Origin: Planctomycetaceae bacterium
GTDB lineage: Bacteria; Planctomycetota; Planctomycetia; Pirellulales; UBA1268
Assembly (NCBI GenBank): GCA_046074885.1
Contig: JBJTPA010000321.1
Location: forward strand, 1 to 32,342
DNA: 32,342 nucleotides
Direction of reading: 5' to 3'
Every line of letters starts with the position of its first letter. Position 1 is the stretch's first letter. This document shows positions 21,869 through 30,360 of the stretch, one piece after another. Made by a program: the position numbers and the translations under genes. The notes beneath the pieces were generated by a model that did not search any database, was not told the origin of the DNA, and worked only from the letters and a program-made list of their open reading frames with translations.

Positions 21869-24800
21869 TCAGCTACAGCCCATCGACGTCGCGCAGTTGT
21901 GGCAGAGGTAGCAGTTGCCGCTGCGGACCGTGATGCAGCCGCAGTTCTCGCACACCGGGGCGTCGCTCTGGAACGCGGCGAACTGGCCCTGGCGGTCGCC
22001 ACCGGCCGCCTGTCCTTCCGCGGCCACCTTCAGGCCGCCGCGCTCGAGCAGCACCGCAGCCGCGCCGCCCCCGTGCCCGTTGGCCGGCTTCGTCCCCGTT
22101 CCGCCCGGATGCCGGCCGCGCGTGGCGGTCTCGCCCGTGGCGGCCCTTCCATTCGTACCGGCCTTCCCGTGGCCCTCGGCCTGCCCGCTCGCCGTCGTGG
22201 CGGCGGGCTTGCGCTCGGTTTCCGTGTCGCCCCCCGCGGCGGCCTCCCCGCCGCCGCCCTCACCGTGTCCGCCGGGCCGGTTGGCCTCGCGGAAGCCGGG
22301 AATGAACTGGGTGCCGAGCCACCGGAAGAGGTAGTCGATGAGGCTCTTCGCCACCGGGATGTCCGGGTTCCGCGTGTAGCCCCACGGCTCGAAGCGCGTG
22401 TGCGAGAACTTCTTCACGTAGACCTCGAGCGGCACGCCGTACTGCAGGCTCATCGACACGCTCGTGCCGAAGGCGTCCATCAGGCCGCCGATCGTGCTCC
22501 CCTCCTTGGCCATCGTGATGAAGAGCTCGCCGGGCCGCCCGTCGTCGTAGAGGCCGACGGTGATGTAGCCCTCGTGCCCCCCCACGTTGAACTTGTGGGT
22601 CACGCTCCGCCGCGTGTCGGGCAGCCGCTCGCGGCGCGGCGCCGCCGTGACTTTCGCCGCCGCCTTGTCGCCCTCGCTGCTCGTGTTGAGCGGTTGGCTC
22701 TCCTTCGAGCCGTCGCGGTAGATGGCCAGGGCCTTGAGCCCCAGCCGCCAGCCCTCCGTGTAGGCGCCGGCGATGTCGGCGGGCGTCGTCTCCCGCGGCA
22801 TGTTGACCGTCTTCGAGATGGCGCCCGAGATGAACGGCTGCGCCGCCGCCATCATCTTCACGTGGGCCTCCCAGGCGATGCTCCGCTGCCCGAGCCGCGG
22901 CTTGAAGGCGCAGTCGAAGACCGCGAGGTGATCGGCCTTGAGGCCCGGGGCCCCCTCGATCGTGTCGTTCTTGTCCACGTAGGCGAGGACGCCCTCGACG
23001 GTCGGCTCGTCGTACCCGAGCGTCCGCAGCGCGAGCGGCACCGTCTGGTTCACGATCTTGAGCATGCCGCCGCCGGCGAACTGCTTGTACTTGACCAGCG
23101 CGATGTCTGGCTCGATGCAGGTCGTGTCGCAGTCCATGAGAAACGAGATCGTGCCGGTCGGCGCGAGCACCGTGGCCTGGGCGTTGCGGTAGCCGTGGCG
23201 GCGGCCGCCGGCAAGCACGTCGTCCCAGATCTTCCGGGCCGCGTCGTGGAGGTACGCCGGGCACGACGGATCGATCTTCTCGACCGCGTCGCGATGCATC
23301 TGCATGACTCCCAGCATCGGCTCACGGTTGGCCGCGAAGCCCTCGAACGGACCGACCGCCGCCGCGAGCTCCGCACTCGTGCGATTGGCGGCCCCGTGGA
23401 GGATCGCCGTGATCGCCCCGCACAGGCCGCGGCCGGCGTCGCTGTCGTAGGCCAGGCCGTCGGCCATGAGCACGCTGCCGAGGTTCGAGTAGCCCAGGCC
23501 CAGCGGCCGGTAGAGGTGGCTGTTGCGGGCGATTTTCGGCGTCGGGTAACTCGCGTGGTCGACGAGGATCTCCTGCGCGACGAAGAAGATCCGGCAGGCC
23601 GCGGTGAACCGCTCGACGTCGAAGGCGCCGTCGGGCTTGCGGAACTTCATCAGGTTGATGCTGGCGAGGTTGCAGGCCGTGTCATCGAGGAACATGTACT
23701 CGGAGCATGGGTTCGAGGCGTTGATCCGGCCCGAGTTGGGGCAGGTGTGCCAGCGGTTGATCGTGGTGTCGTACTGCACGCCCGGGTCGCCGCACTGCCA
23801 GGCGCACTCGGCCATCCGGTTCATCACCTCGCGGGCCTTGAAGCTCGGGCCCGCCTTCGCCGGGTCGGTCACCCAGCGGGTGGTCCAGGTGTCGTCCCGC
23901 TCGCAGGCCTCCATGAAGTCGTCGGTGACCCGGACGGAGAGGTTGGCGTTCTGGAACAGGATCGACGCGTAGGCCTCGCCGTTGAAGTTGGCGTCGTAGC
24001 CCCCCTTTTCGATGAGGACGCGGGCCTTCTTCTCCTCCTTCGCCTTGCACTCGATGAATTCCATGATGTCCGGGTGGTGGATTTTGAGCGACTGCATCTT
24101 CGCCGCCCGGCGGGTCTTGCCGCCGCTCTTCACCACCGCCGCCACCTGGTCATAGACCCGCATGAAGGAGAGCGGGCCCGAGGGCTTGCCGCCGCCGGCG
24201 AGCTTCTCGCGCTGGCTGCGGAGGGTGGAGAGGTCGGTCCCGGTGCCGGAGCCGAACTTGAAGAGCATCGCCTCGCTCCGCGCGAGGTCCATGATGTCCT
24301 CCATCGTGTCCTTCACGCTCTGGATGAAGCAGGCGCTGCCCTGCGGATATTCGTAGGGGTTCTCCGGCATGACGACGTCCCGCCGGGCCTCGTCCCACCG
24401 CCAGTTGCAGGGCGCGCCCTTGACGCCGTACTGGTCGTAGAGCCCCACGTTGAACCAGACGGGCGAGTTGAAGGCGCCGTGCTGGTGGATGCAGAGCCAG
24501 GCCAGGTCGCGGTAGAAGTTCTCGCCGTCCTGCTTCGACTTGAAGTAGCCGTCGCGGATTCCCCAGTCGGCGATCGTGCGGGCCACGCGGTGGACGAGCT
24601 GCTTGACGGAGTGCTCACGCTCGGGCGTGTGGATCTCGCCGTAGAAGTACTTGCTCACGACGACGTTCGTGGCCAGCTGGCTCCAGGCGGCCGGGATCTC
24701 GCAGGCCGGCTGCTCGAAGAGCACCTTGCCGTCCTCCCCCTTGATGGCGGCGGTGCGGAGCTCCCACTCGGTGGTGTCGAAGGGGCTCTCGACGTCGGTC

Positions 24801-24910
24801 GGGCAGAAGGTGGGCCGGACGTCGAGGGCCGTCCGCGGGGCGGCCTGCGCGGGGGTCGCGGGGGCCGGGGCGGTGCCGCTGGCGGTGGCGGACGGATCGA
24901 AGGCGGCCAT
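21869..24910 (-). CDS. nrdJ: Adenosylcobalamin-dependent (class II) ribonucleotide reductase
   Basis: ATG 24910 (MAAFDPSA) has AAGGAG 7 nt upstream. The sequence includes WSQLATNVVVSKYF, PVWFNVG, ACFIQSV, GSGTG.DLS.LR, SNPCSEY, C.LASINL and LGYSNLG, and ends in the tail CENCGCITVRSGNCYLCHNC. It is 1013 aa. The upstream 140 aa of track ORF 21869..25330 are non-coding. Confidence 0.9.
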   Translation of the reverse strand: MAAFDPSATASGTAPAPATPAQAAPRTALDVRPTFCPTDVESPFDTTEWELRTAAIKGEDGKVLFEQPACEIPAAWSQLATNVVVSKYFYGEIHTPEREHSVKQLVHRVARTIADWGIRDGYFKSKQDGENFYRDLAWLCIHQHGAFNSPVWFNVGLYDQYGVKGAPCNWRWDEARRDVVMPENPYEYPQGSACFIQSVKDTMEDIMDLARSEAMLFKFGSGTGTDLSTLRSQREKLAGGGKPSGPLSFMRVYDQVAAVVKSGGKTRRAAKMQSLKIHHPDIMEFIECKAKEEKKARVLIEKGGYDANFNGEAYASILFQNANLSVRVTDDFMEACERDDTWTTRWVTDPAKAGPSFKAREVMNRMAECAWQCGDPGVQYDTTINRWHTCPNSGRINASNPCSEYMFLDDTACNLASINLMKFRKPDGAFDVERFTAACRIFFVAQEILVDHASYPTPKIARNSHLYRPLGLGYSNLGSVLMADGLAYDSDAGRGLCGAITAILHGAANRTSAELAAAVGPFEGFAANREPMLGVMQMHRDAVEKIDPSCPAYLHDAARKIWDDVLAGGRRHGYRNAQATVLAPTGTISFLMDCDTTCIEPDIALVKYKQFAGGGMLKIVNQTVPLALRTLGYDEPTVEGVLAYVDKNDTIEGAPGLKADHLAVFDCAFKPRLGQRSIAWEAHVKMMAAAQPFISGAISKTVNMPRETTPADIAGAYTEGWRLGLKALAIYRDGSKESQPLNTSSEGDKAAAKVTAAPRRERLPDTRRSVTHKFNVGGHEGYITVGLYDDGRPGELFITMAKEGSTIGGLMDAFGTSVSMSLQYGVPLEVYVKKFSHTRFEPWGYTRNPDIPVAKSLIDYLFRWLGTQFIPGFREANRPGGHGEGGGGEAAAGGDTETERKPAATTASGQAEGHGKAGTNGRAATGETATRGRHPGGTGTKPANGHGGGAAAVLLERGGLKVAAEGQAAGGDRQGQFAAFQSDAPVCENCGCITVRSGNCYLCHNCATSMGCS

Positions 24911-24947
24911 GGGGGTGCTCCTTGCGGCGAAAGTGTCGAGCCTGGAA

Positions 24948-24975
24948 AGTATACTTCCGTATAGTCTGATGGCAA
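24948..24975 (-). promoter_or_regulatory. Candidate nrdJ promoter TTGCCA-N16-TATACT (reverse strand), -10 embedded in the palindrome AAGTATACTT
   Basis: The reverse strand reads AAAGTTGCCATCAGACTATACGGAAGTATACTTTCCAGG....AAGGAGCACCCCCATG. The -35 is at 24970-24975 and the -10 at 24948-24953. A 10-bp perfect palindrome lies at 24947-24956. This is the strongest A/T cluster in the window. Confidence 0.45.
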
Positions 24976-25347
24976 CTTTGATCGGCAGGCCGGCGGGATC
25001 GAATTGAATCGGCGGGCGGGCCCCTGACGGGCCGGCCGCGATCCGCGGAAAATGCAGTTCCTTCTGCCTGCTATCGCAAGATGTTGTGGCGGTCGTTCCG
25101 GCGACCCCTGCCTGTTGGCCGGGGCGTGAATGTATCGTGAGGCCCGGGGGCGTCAAGCGGCATTCCCGAGGGCTACGGAACCCGCGGCAAAACGCGGTTC
25201 GCGGGTCCCCGGACGGGTGCTGGCAGCGGTGACCGGAACAGCCCACGCGGGGGGGTTGGCAGATTCGCTCGCCCGCGGCACCCGAGGCGGCGACAATACC
25301 TGCCGCTCCGAACGTCCTTGCGTTCCCCACCCACCGGAGACCGACCC

Positions 25348-25902
25348 ATGCCCCGCACCCCGTCCGACCGTCCGCTCGACGGCATCCGCATCCTCGTGCT
25401 CGTGGGCGAGGACTACGAGGATCTCGAGCTCTGGTATCCGAAACTGCGGATCGAGGAGGCCGGCGGCCACGTCACGCTCGCCGGATCGATGCCCGGCCGC
25501 ACCTACTCCGGCAAGCACGGCTACCCCTGCACGAGCGACGCCGCGATCTCCGACATGGAGGCGAGCGACTTTCACGGCATCGTGATCCCGGGCGGGTGGA
25601 TGCCCGACTCGCTCCGCCGCGACCCGCCGGTGCTCGACCTCGTCCGCGAGTTCGCTGCCCACGGCAGGCTCGTGGCGGCGATCTGCCACGGCGGCTGGAT
25701 CCCGATCTCGGCGGGCGTCTATCGGGGCGTGCGCGTCACGGGCAGTCCGGGTATCAAGGACGACCTCGTCAACGCCGGCGCGATCTGGGAGGACACGCCG
25801 GTGGTGGTGGACCGCCACTACGTGTCGAGCCGCAGGCCGGCCGACCTGCCCGACTTCATGGCCGCGATCGTGGACCACCTCGCCGGCGTCGCCGTCGCGT
25901 GA
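25348..25902 (+). CDS. DJ-1/PfpI family protein (PfpI/YhbO-type)
   Basis: ATG 25348 has GGAGA 7 nt upstream. It carries IRILVLVGEDYEDLELWYP, FHGIVIPGG, the nucleophile elbow AAICHGGW and VVVDRHYVSSRRPADLPDF. It is 184 aa. Confidence 0.85.
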   Translation: MPRTPSDRPLDGIRILVLVGEDYEDLELWYPKLRIEEAGGHVTLAGSMPGRTYSGKHGYPCTSDAAISDMEASDFHGIVIPGGWMPDSLRRDPPVLDLVREFAAHGRLVAAICHGGWIPISAGVYRGVRVTGSPGIKDDLVNAGAIWEDTPVVVDRHYVSSRRPADLPDFMAAIVDHLAGVAVA

Positions 25903-25928
25903 TATCGGTGCGCCGGCTCGGGGATTTC

Positions 25929-26144
25929 AGTCCCTTCGCTTGCGCTCCGGGCTTCCTGCAGATCAGGAGCCTCGACACAACCCCGGCCTACGCGGCCCCG
26001 CTTGCCGCCTCGGCGAGCGGTCGCGGAGCCGCCGCCCAGCGGCGGCCCTGCGAGCCCGGAGGTGCGAGCAGCCGGCATTCGAGCCGCACCTCGGCTGCGG
26101 CTCCGAATGCCAAGGCAAAAACGGGCAGGATGCCCGTGTTTTGC
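25929..26144 (+). repeat. Repeat family R2, copy 2
   Basis: M1 is 25929-25959, M2 26028-26076, H1 26074-26111 and the terminator hairpin 26115-26144. It has the same module order, orientation and gene context as copy 1: it follows a + strand stop and ends just before a convergent - strand stop. Confidence 0.85.
26115..26144. terminator. Bidirectional intrinsic-terminator-like hairpin (R2 copy 2)
   Basis: GCAAAA-ACGGGCA-gga-TGCCCGT-g-TTTTGC has the same architecture as 21829-21858, with one compensated base-pair change (A-T to G-C). It lies 6 nt from the stop of the beta-barrel gene. Confidence 0.6.
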
Positions 26145-26150
26145 CTGAAG

Positions 26151-27209
26151 TCAGTACCAGACCCCGGCCCGCACGAGGAACGTGTCGCTGGGCCGGTAGT
26201 CGGCCGTGGCGGTGATGTAGTACTCGACGAGCCGGCCGGTCACCCAGCCGGTCTCCAGCCGCCAGTTGATCCCCAGGCCGGCAGGCCGGCGCTCCCAGCC
26301 GGCGAGCAACCGGTAGTCGTGGTAGACGACCACGTCGTTGACGCCCGAGTCGCGGCGCACGGCCCACTGGTTGCCGCCGAACTCCCCGGCGAGATAGAGC
26401 CACTGCGACGCCCGGCGGCTCTCGGCGACCCGCCAGGCGAGCCGGGGCCGCGGAAAGATGATCTCGAAGCGCCGGTCGTCGCTCGGCGTCCAGATCAGGC
26501 CGCCCGCGGGGAGGATGTTGACGTCGTAGCGGTCGAGGTAGATCGCGCCGACCGCGAGCCGCACGTTCTCGCTGCAGTCCCAGGCGCCGAAGCCGTGCCC
26601 CGTGATCCGGAAGGCCTGCGACGTGTCGTTGGTGAAGTCGCTGTACCAGCCCGGCGCCACGGCGAGGTCGACGCCGTAGTGCTTGCCGATCTTGGTCATC
26701 CAGCGGGCCTGCAGCCACGACTCGTAGAGCTCCGCCGGCAGCCCGGGGTCCGATGGACCGGACGCCTCGTCGACCAGGGTCGTGCCGAATCCCGGCGTGA
26801 GCAGCAGCGGGGATTTGGGCGTCGGCGCCGGCAGCCCGATCGTGAGCGACGTGTCGAGCGTGGTCAGCCCGAGGCCGTTGGAGCCCAACAGCGGCAGCTC
26901 GGTCGCCGTGAAGATCACCTGCTGAAGGGCTTTTCCCGGCTTGGCCCCGGGGGGCAGCTTCCGCAGCGCCGGATCGGACTCCTGCCGCGGCTGGCCCGGC
27001 GGGGCGACGTCATCGGGAATGAGCGGCTCGGAGAGGTCCTGCGGGTCGCCGAGCGCCGCCATGCGGACCCTCGGCTGGACGGCACCCTCGACCGGCGGCA
27101 ATGGCGTGACGGCCGAATCGCCGGCGCGCACGGCCGACCCCAGGGCCGCGATGCAGATCAGGAACGCCGGCGTACGATTCACGACTTCACGGCGAGGAAG
27201 GGGTGTCAC
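26151..27209 (-). CDS. Predicted outer-membrane beta-barrel protein, paralog 1 (planctomycetal porin-like; family unverified)
   Basis: ORF 26151..27209. It has a signal peptide (NRTPAFLICIAALGSAVRA; the start is GTG 27209 or GTG 27182), a Pro-rich N-terminal region, alternating-hydrophobic strands and a C-terminal aromatic residue (FLVRAGVWY). It shares blocks with the upstream gene. Confidence 0.6.
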   Translation of the reverse strand: MTPLPRREVVNRTPAFLICIAALGSAVRAGDSAVTPLPPVEGAVQPRVRMAALGDPQDLSEPLIPDDVAPPGQPRQESDPALRKLPPGAKPGKALQQVIFTATELPLLGSNGLGLTTLDTSLTIGLPAPTPKSPLLLTPGFGTTLVDEASGPSDPGLPAELYESWLQARWMTKIGKHYGVDLAVAPGWYSDFTNDTSQAFRITGHGFGAWDCSENVRLAVGAIYLDRYDVNILPAGGLIWTPSDDRRFEIIFPRPRLAWRVAESRRASQWLYLAGEFGGNQWAVRRDSGVNDVVVYHDYRLLAGWERRPAGLGINWRLETGWVTGRLVEYYITATADYRPSDTFLVRAGVWY

Positions 27210-27251
27210 GATCCACGGCTCGCACGACGCGCCGGCCCGCGGGCGCGAACG

Positions 27252-28445
27252 TCAGTAGGCGAGGCCCAGTCGGAACATGATCGTGTCGGGCAGGTCCACG
27301 ATCTGCGGCGGGCCGTTCACGTAGAACAGCTGCCGGTAGAAGACGTAGCCCACCTCCAGGTTGCCCGAGAGGCCCGTCGTCGTCAGCGGCACGAACTCGG
27401 TGCCGAGCGTGATGCGGATGTCGTTGTAGTCGAAGGGCGTGATCATGTTGTAGTTCGACGTCTGGCGGCGGAATGTCCAGGCGCCGCCGCCGTACTCGCC
27501 CGCGACGTAGCCCCACCAGTCGTGGCGACCCGCGTGCATGTAGCGCCACGAGGCCCTGGGCGCCGGGAAGAAGATGTCGTAGCGCGAGTCGGCGTTCGGC
27601 GTCCAGGTGGCCCCGATCGCCGGCAGGAGCTTCACCTGGTTGCGGTCGAGGTAGACGATGCCCGCCTTGGCCTGCCAGGTGGGGGTCATCTGCAGCGTGC
27701 CGATGGCGCGGCCCATGATGCGCCAACTCTGCCAGACGAGCACGTCCCAGTTCGTGTAGATGCCGACGCGGACGCCGAGTTCGGCACCGAACACCTGGGT
27801 GAACTTCGGGTTCCAGGCGGTGTCGATGAACACGTCGTAGGTGCTCGGCGGGAGGTCGGCGAGCTGCGTGGCCGAGGTCTGCGGGCCGTCCCAGAGCTGC
27901 AGGCCGAAGCCGGGGGAGATCAGGAGCGGGGCGTGGTTGATGTTCACCGGCGAGTTGTGGAAGAACGGCAGTGCGAAGGTGGCCGTCGTGTCGAGCTCGT
28001 TGACGCCGACGCTGGTGCCCTGTCCGTCGCCGAGCAGGTAGGCCCAGCTGCCGCGGAGCCCCTGGTAGACGTGCATCGTCTGCGCGTAGGTCTCCTGGAA
28101 GCTCGACTGCTGCGGAGGGGCGGGGCTGGCGAGCGTGGCGGTGCCCTGCGTGGGCACCACCGGCGGCTGCGCCGCCGGGTAGCCCGGGTAGCCGGGCTGG
28201 CCGCTGATCGCGGAGGGCGCCCAGACCGACGGCTGGGTCGGCGGTGCGCCGGGGGCCGACGGGAAGACCTGCGGCTGCGGCGAGTAGGGATCCCAGGCCG
28301 AGGGGGGCGGGGGCACGGCCTGCGCGATGCGGTCGAGCGACGAGGCCGCCGGCGGCGGCAGTTGCGCCGTCTGCGCGCGGGCGGTGGCCGCCGCGGCCAG
28401 GGCCGCGGCGCACGCGAACTTCGCGGACGTGACTCCGAGCCGCAT
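27252..28445 (-). CDS. Predicted outer-membrane beta-barrel protein, paralog 2
   Basis: ATG 28445 has GGAG 10 nt upstream; GTG 28454 is an alternative start. The signal peptide is MRLGVTSAKFACAAALAAAATARAQ. About 110 aa of Pro/Gln-rich sequence follow. The terminal strand is IMFRLGLAY. It lies 42 nt upstream of paralog 1 on the same strand. Confidence 0.6.
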   Translation of the reverse strand: MRLGVTSAKFACAAALAAAATARAQTAQLPPPAASSLDRIAQAVPPPPSAWDPYSPQPQVFPSAPGAPPTQPSVWAPSAISGQPGYPGYPAAQPPVVPTQGTATLASPAPPQQSSFQETYAQTMHVYQGLRGSWAYLLGDGQGTSVGVNELDTTATFALPFFHNSPVNINHAPLLISPGFGLQLWDGPQTSATQLADLPPSTYDVFIDTAWNPKFTQVFGAELGVRVGIYTNWDVLVWQSWRIMGRAIGTLQMTPTWQAKAGIVYLDRNQVKLLPAIGATWTPNADSRYDIFFPAPRASWRYMHAGRHDWWGYVAGEYGGGAWTFRRQTSNYNMITPFDYNDIRITLGTEFVPLTTTGLSGNLEVGYVFYRQLFYVNGPPQIVDLPDTIMFRLGLAY

Positions 28446-28643
28446 GCGGCGCACGCTCCGAAGCCCGCCGGCGCGGGCCGGCGGCAGGCGGTGGATCGAA
28501 CCGGCCCCCGCGTCCGGGAGCCACCGACCGTCGGGGGGTACCGCGCGCGCCGCGTAAGGGTCAAGGCCGCGGCGGGCGCGCTAGAATGCCGGTCGAGCCG
28601 CCCTTCACCGCCCTTGCCCCGCTTGCCGAGGACGCCCCTCGCC

Positions 28644-29492
28644 GTGCCTGCGCCGTCGCCGCAGCTTGAATCAGGCCCCGACCCGCTCGACGTCGCGGCG
28701 CTACGCGCGGCCGGTTTCGCCACCGTCGTCCACCGGGCTGAGGTCGGCTCGACGATGGACGAGGCCCGGCCGCTCGCCGCCGATCCCGCCACGGCGCTGC
28801 CCGCGGTGGTGGTGGCCGACCGGCAGGCCGCTGGCCGCGGCCGCCGCGGAGCCGCATGGTGGCAGGCCCCGGGCGCGCTCGCGGCGAGCATCGTGATCGA
28901 CGGGGGCGACGCCGGGCCGCCGCGGCCGACGTGGGCGCTGGCCTGCGGCGTGGCGCTCGCCGAGGCGATCCGGCACCTCGAGCCCGCGGTCGCCGCGGTC
29001 GTCCGCTGGCCCAACGACGTCGAGGCGGGAGGCAGGAAGCTCGCCGGGATCCTCGTGGAGACCGCGGCGCACGCCCGCGCGGTCGTCGGCATCGGCGTGA
29101 ACACGACGGGCAGCGCGGCGGCGGCGCCCGAGGCGCTGCGGCACCGCGTCGGCACGCTGCCGGACATCACCGGCCGGGCGCTTTGCCGCGGCACGCTCCT
29201 GGCCGCGTTCCTGCCCCGCTTCGTCGAGCTCGTGGAATCGCCCAACCGCGATGGCGGCGCCCTCGCCCGCCGCTACCGCCCCCTGTGCGCGCTCGACGGC
29301 ACCGTGATCACGCTCCACGCGGGCGCGGAGCGGCACACGGGCGTGTGCCGGGGCATCACCGCGTCGGGCGCGCTCGTGATCGACACGCCGACGGGCCGCC
29401 GGGAATTCACCTCCGGCAGCCTCACCGACCCGGCCGCCGCGTGGACCGGGGATGCTGCGGGCCCCGAGCATCCCACGCGGCCGCGGTGGTGA
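28644..29492 (+). CDS. birA: Biotin--[acetyl-CoA-carboxylase] ligase (no N-terminal HTH)
   Basis: This is the last ~282 aa of track ORF 25596..29492. It carries STMDEAR, ADRQAAGRGRRGAAWWQAPG (GRGR.GR.W motif), RWPNDVEAGGRKLAGILVE and GIGVN. The start is uncertain (GTG 28644 or TTG 28623). Confidence 0.8.
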   Translation: MPAPSPQLESGPDPLDVAALRAAGFATVVHRAEVGSTMDEARPLAADPATALPAVVVADRQAAGRGRRGAAWWQAPGALAASIVIDGGDAGPPRPTWALACGVALAEAIRHLEPAVAAVVRWPNDVEAGGRKLAGILVETAAHARAVVGIGVNTTGSAAAAPEALRHRVGTLPDITGRALCRGTLLAAFLPRFVELVESPNRDGGALARRYRPLCALDGTVITLHAGAERHTGVCRGITASGALVIDTPTGRREFTSGSLTDPAAAWTGDAAGPEHPTRPRW

Positions 29493-29548
29493 CGGACGGG
29501 TGGCCGCTCGGGTATGCTCCGCGGCCTGTCACCTCGGAGACCGCCCCC

Positions 29549-30031
<483 letters not shown>

Positions 30032-30105
30032 GGGCCGCCGCCGGGCGGCACGTGTCGTCTGCGTGAGATCCCCCGGGGCCATCTCGATGTGCGGGCGCAG
30101 GCCAG

Positions 30106-30212
30106 CCCGTGGTCCGGTTGCCTCGCAACCGGATTTCGCCGTCGATCCACGTGCCGGATTCCAGTCGCGAGGCGACTGGGCCACGGGGCGAGGCGATCGC
30201 GTCGTCGCGAGG
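30106..30212 (+). repeat. Repeat family R1, copy B
   Basis: It aligns without gaps to 11416..11522. Both 19-nt stem arms (30108-30126 and 30167-30185) are identical to copy A. It lies between the convergent FKBP and gyrB genes. Confidence 0.85.
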
Positions 30213-30322
30213 CCGGAGGAGCAGCCCCCGAGCGGGCCACTGAACGTGCGGTGACGGGGTGCGGGCATCCCCCGAACGGTCCCGGCATTGCATGAAGGAT
30301 GCACGACGGGCACCCTCACGCC

Positions 30323-30349
30323 GCTCCCTCTCCCGGAGGGAGAGGGAGC
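30323..30349 (-). terminator. Perfect 12-bp hairpin 11 nt downstream of the gyrB stop
   Basis: GCTCCCTCTCCC-gga-GGGAGAGGGAGC has arms at 30323-30334 and 30338-30349. There is no U-tract, so terminator function is an inference. Confidence 0.4.
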
Positions 30350-30360
30350 GGAACGGCATG

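Noticed and set aside
24940-24975. NrdR boxes upstream of nrdJ.
   Set aside because: The AAGTATACTT palindrome and nearby ACTATAC do not form two 16-bp boxes with ~31-32 bp centre spacing, and they match the consensus only partly. I kept the site as a generic promoter/operator candidate instead.
25290-25306. A B12-box-like string, GCGACAATACCTGCCGC, about 45 nt upstream of the DJ-1/PfpI start. It suggested a cobalamin riboswitch next to the B12-dependent nrdJ.
   Set aside because: Only about 13/17 positions match the B12-box consensus. I could not find the other conserved cobalamin-riboswitch cores (GGGAA...GGTG.AA.CC...CCCGC.ACTGT and GCCACTG...GGGAAGGC) in the right order on either strand. 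cmscan with RF00174 would settle it.
28582-28627. A TAGAAT -10-like hexamer (28582-28587), a 29-codon uORF from ATG 28586, and three tandem ~10-nt repeats (CCGCCCTTCA / CCGCCCTTGC / CCCGCTTGCC, 28598-28627) upstream of birA.
   Set aside because: There is no acceptable -35 at 16-18 nt. The uORF has no SD or recognisable product. The decamers are low-complexity C-rich sequence that may lie inside an N-terminal extension of birA if TTG 28623 or an earlier codon is used. The evidence is too weak for a feature call.
25596-28643. The upstream ~1000 aa of the 1298-aa ORF 25596..29492.
   Set aside because: It runs antisense through both beta-barrel genes and across the R2 repeat. Only the last ~282 aa carry BirA motifs.
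261-29245. Many long ORFs in the track: 261..2261, 3431..4900, 5018..7366, 6142..7386, 8315..10297, 9496..11076, 9831..11351, 11388..12245, 11879..12763, 12983..14428, 13498..14565, 15269..17002, 17372..18748, 18976..20040, 20117..21673, 21899..24964, 25963..26718, 27187..28524, 27944..29245, 29273..30319.
   Set aside because: Each lies antisense to or out of frame with a gene that has clear family motifs. Their translations are dominated by Arg, Pro, Gly and Ala, as expected for non-coding frames in ~70% GC DNA. I recognised no domain motifs in them.
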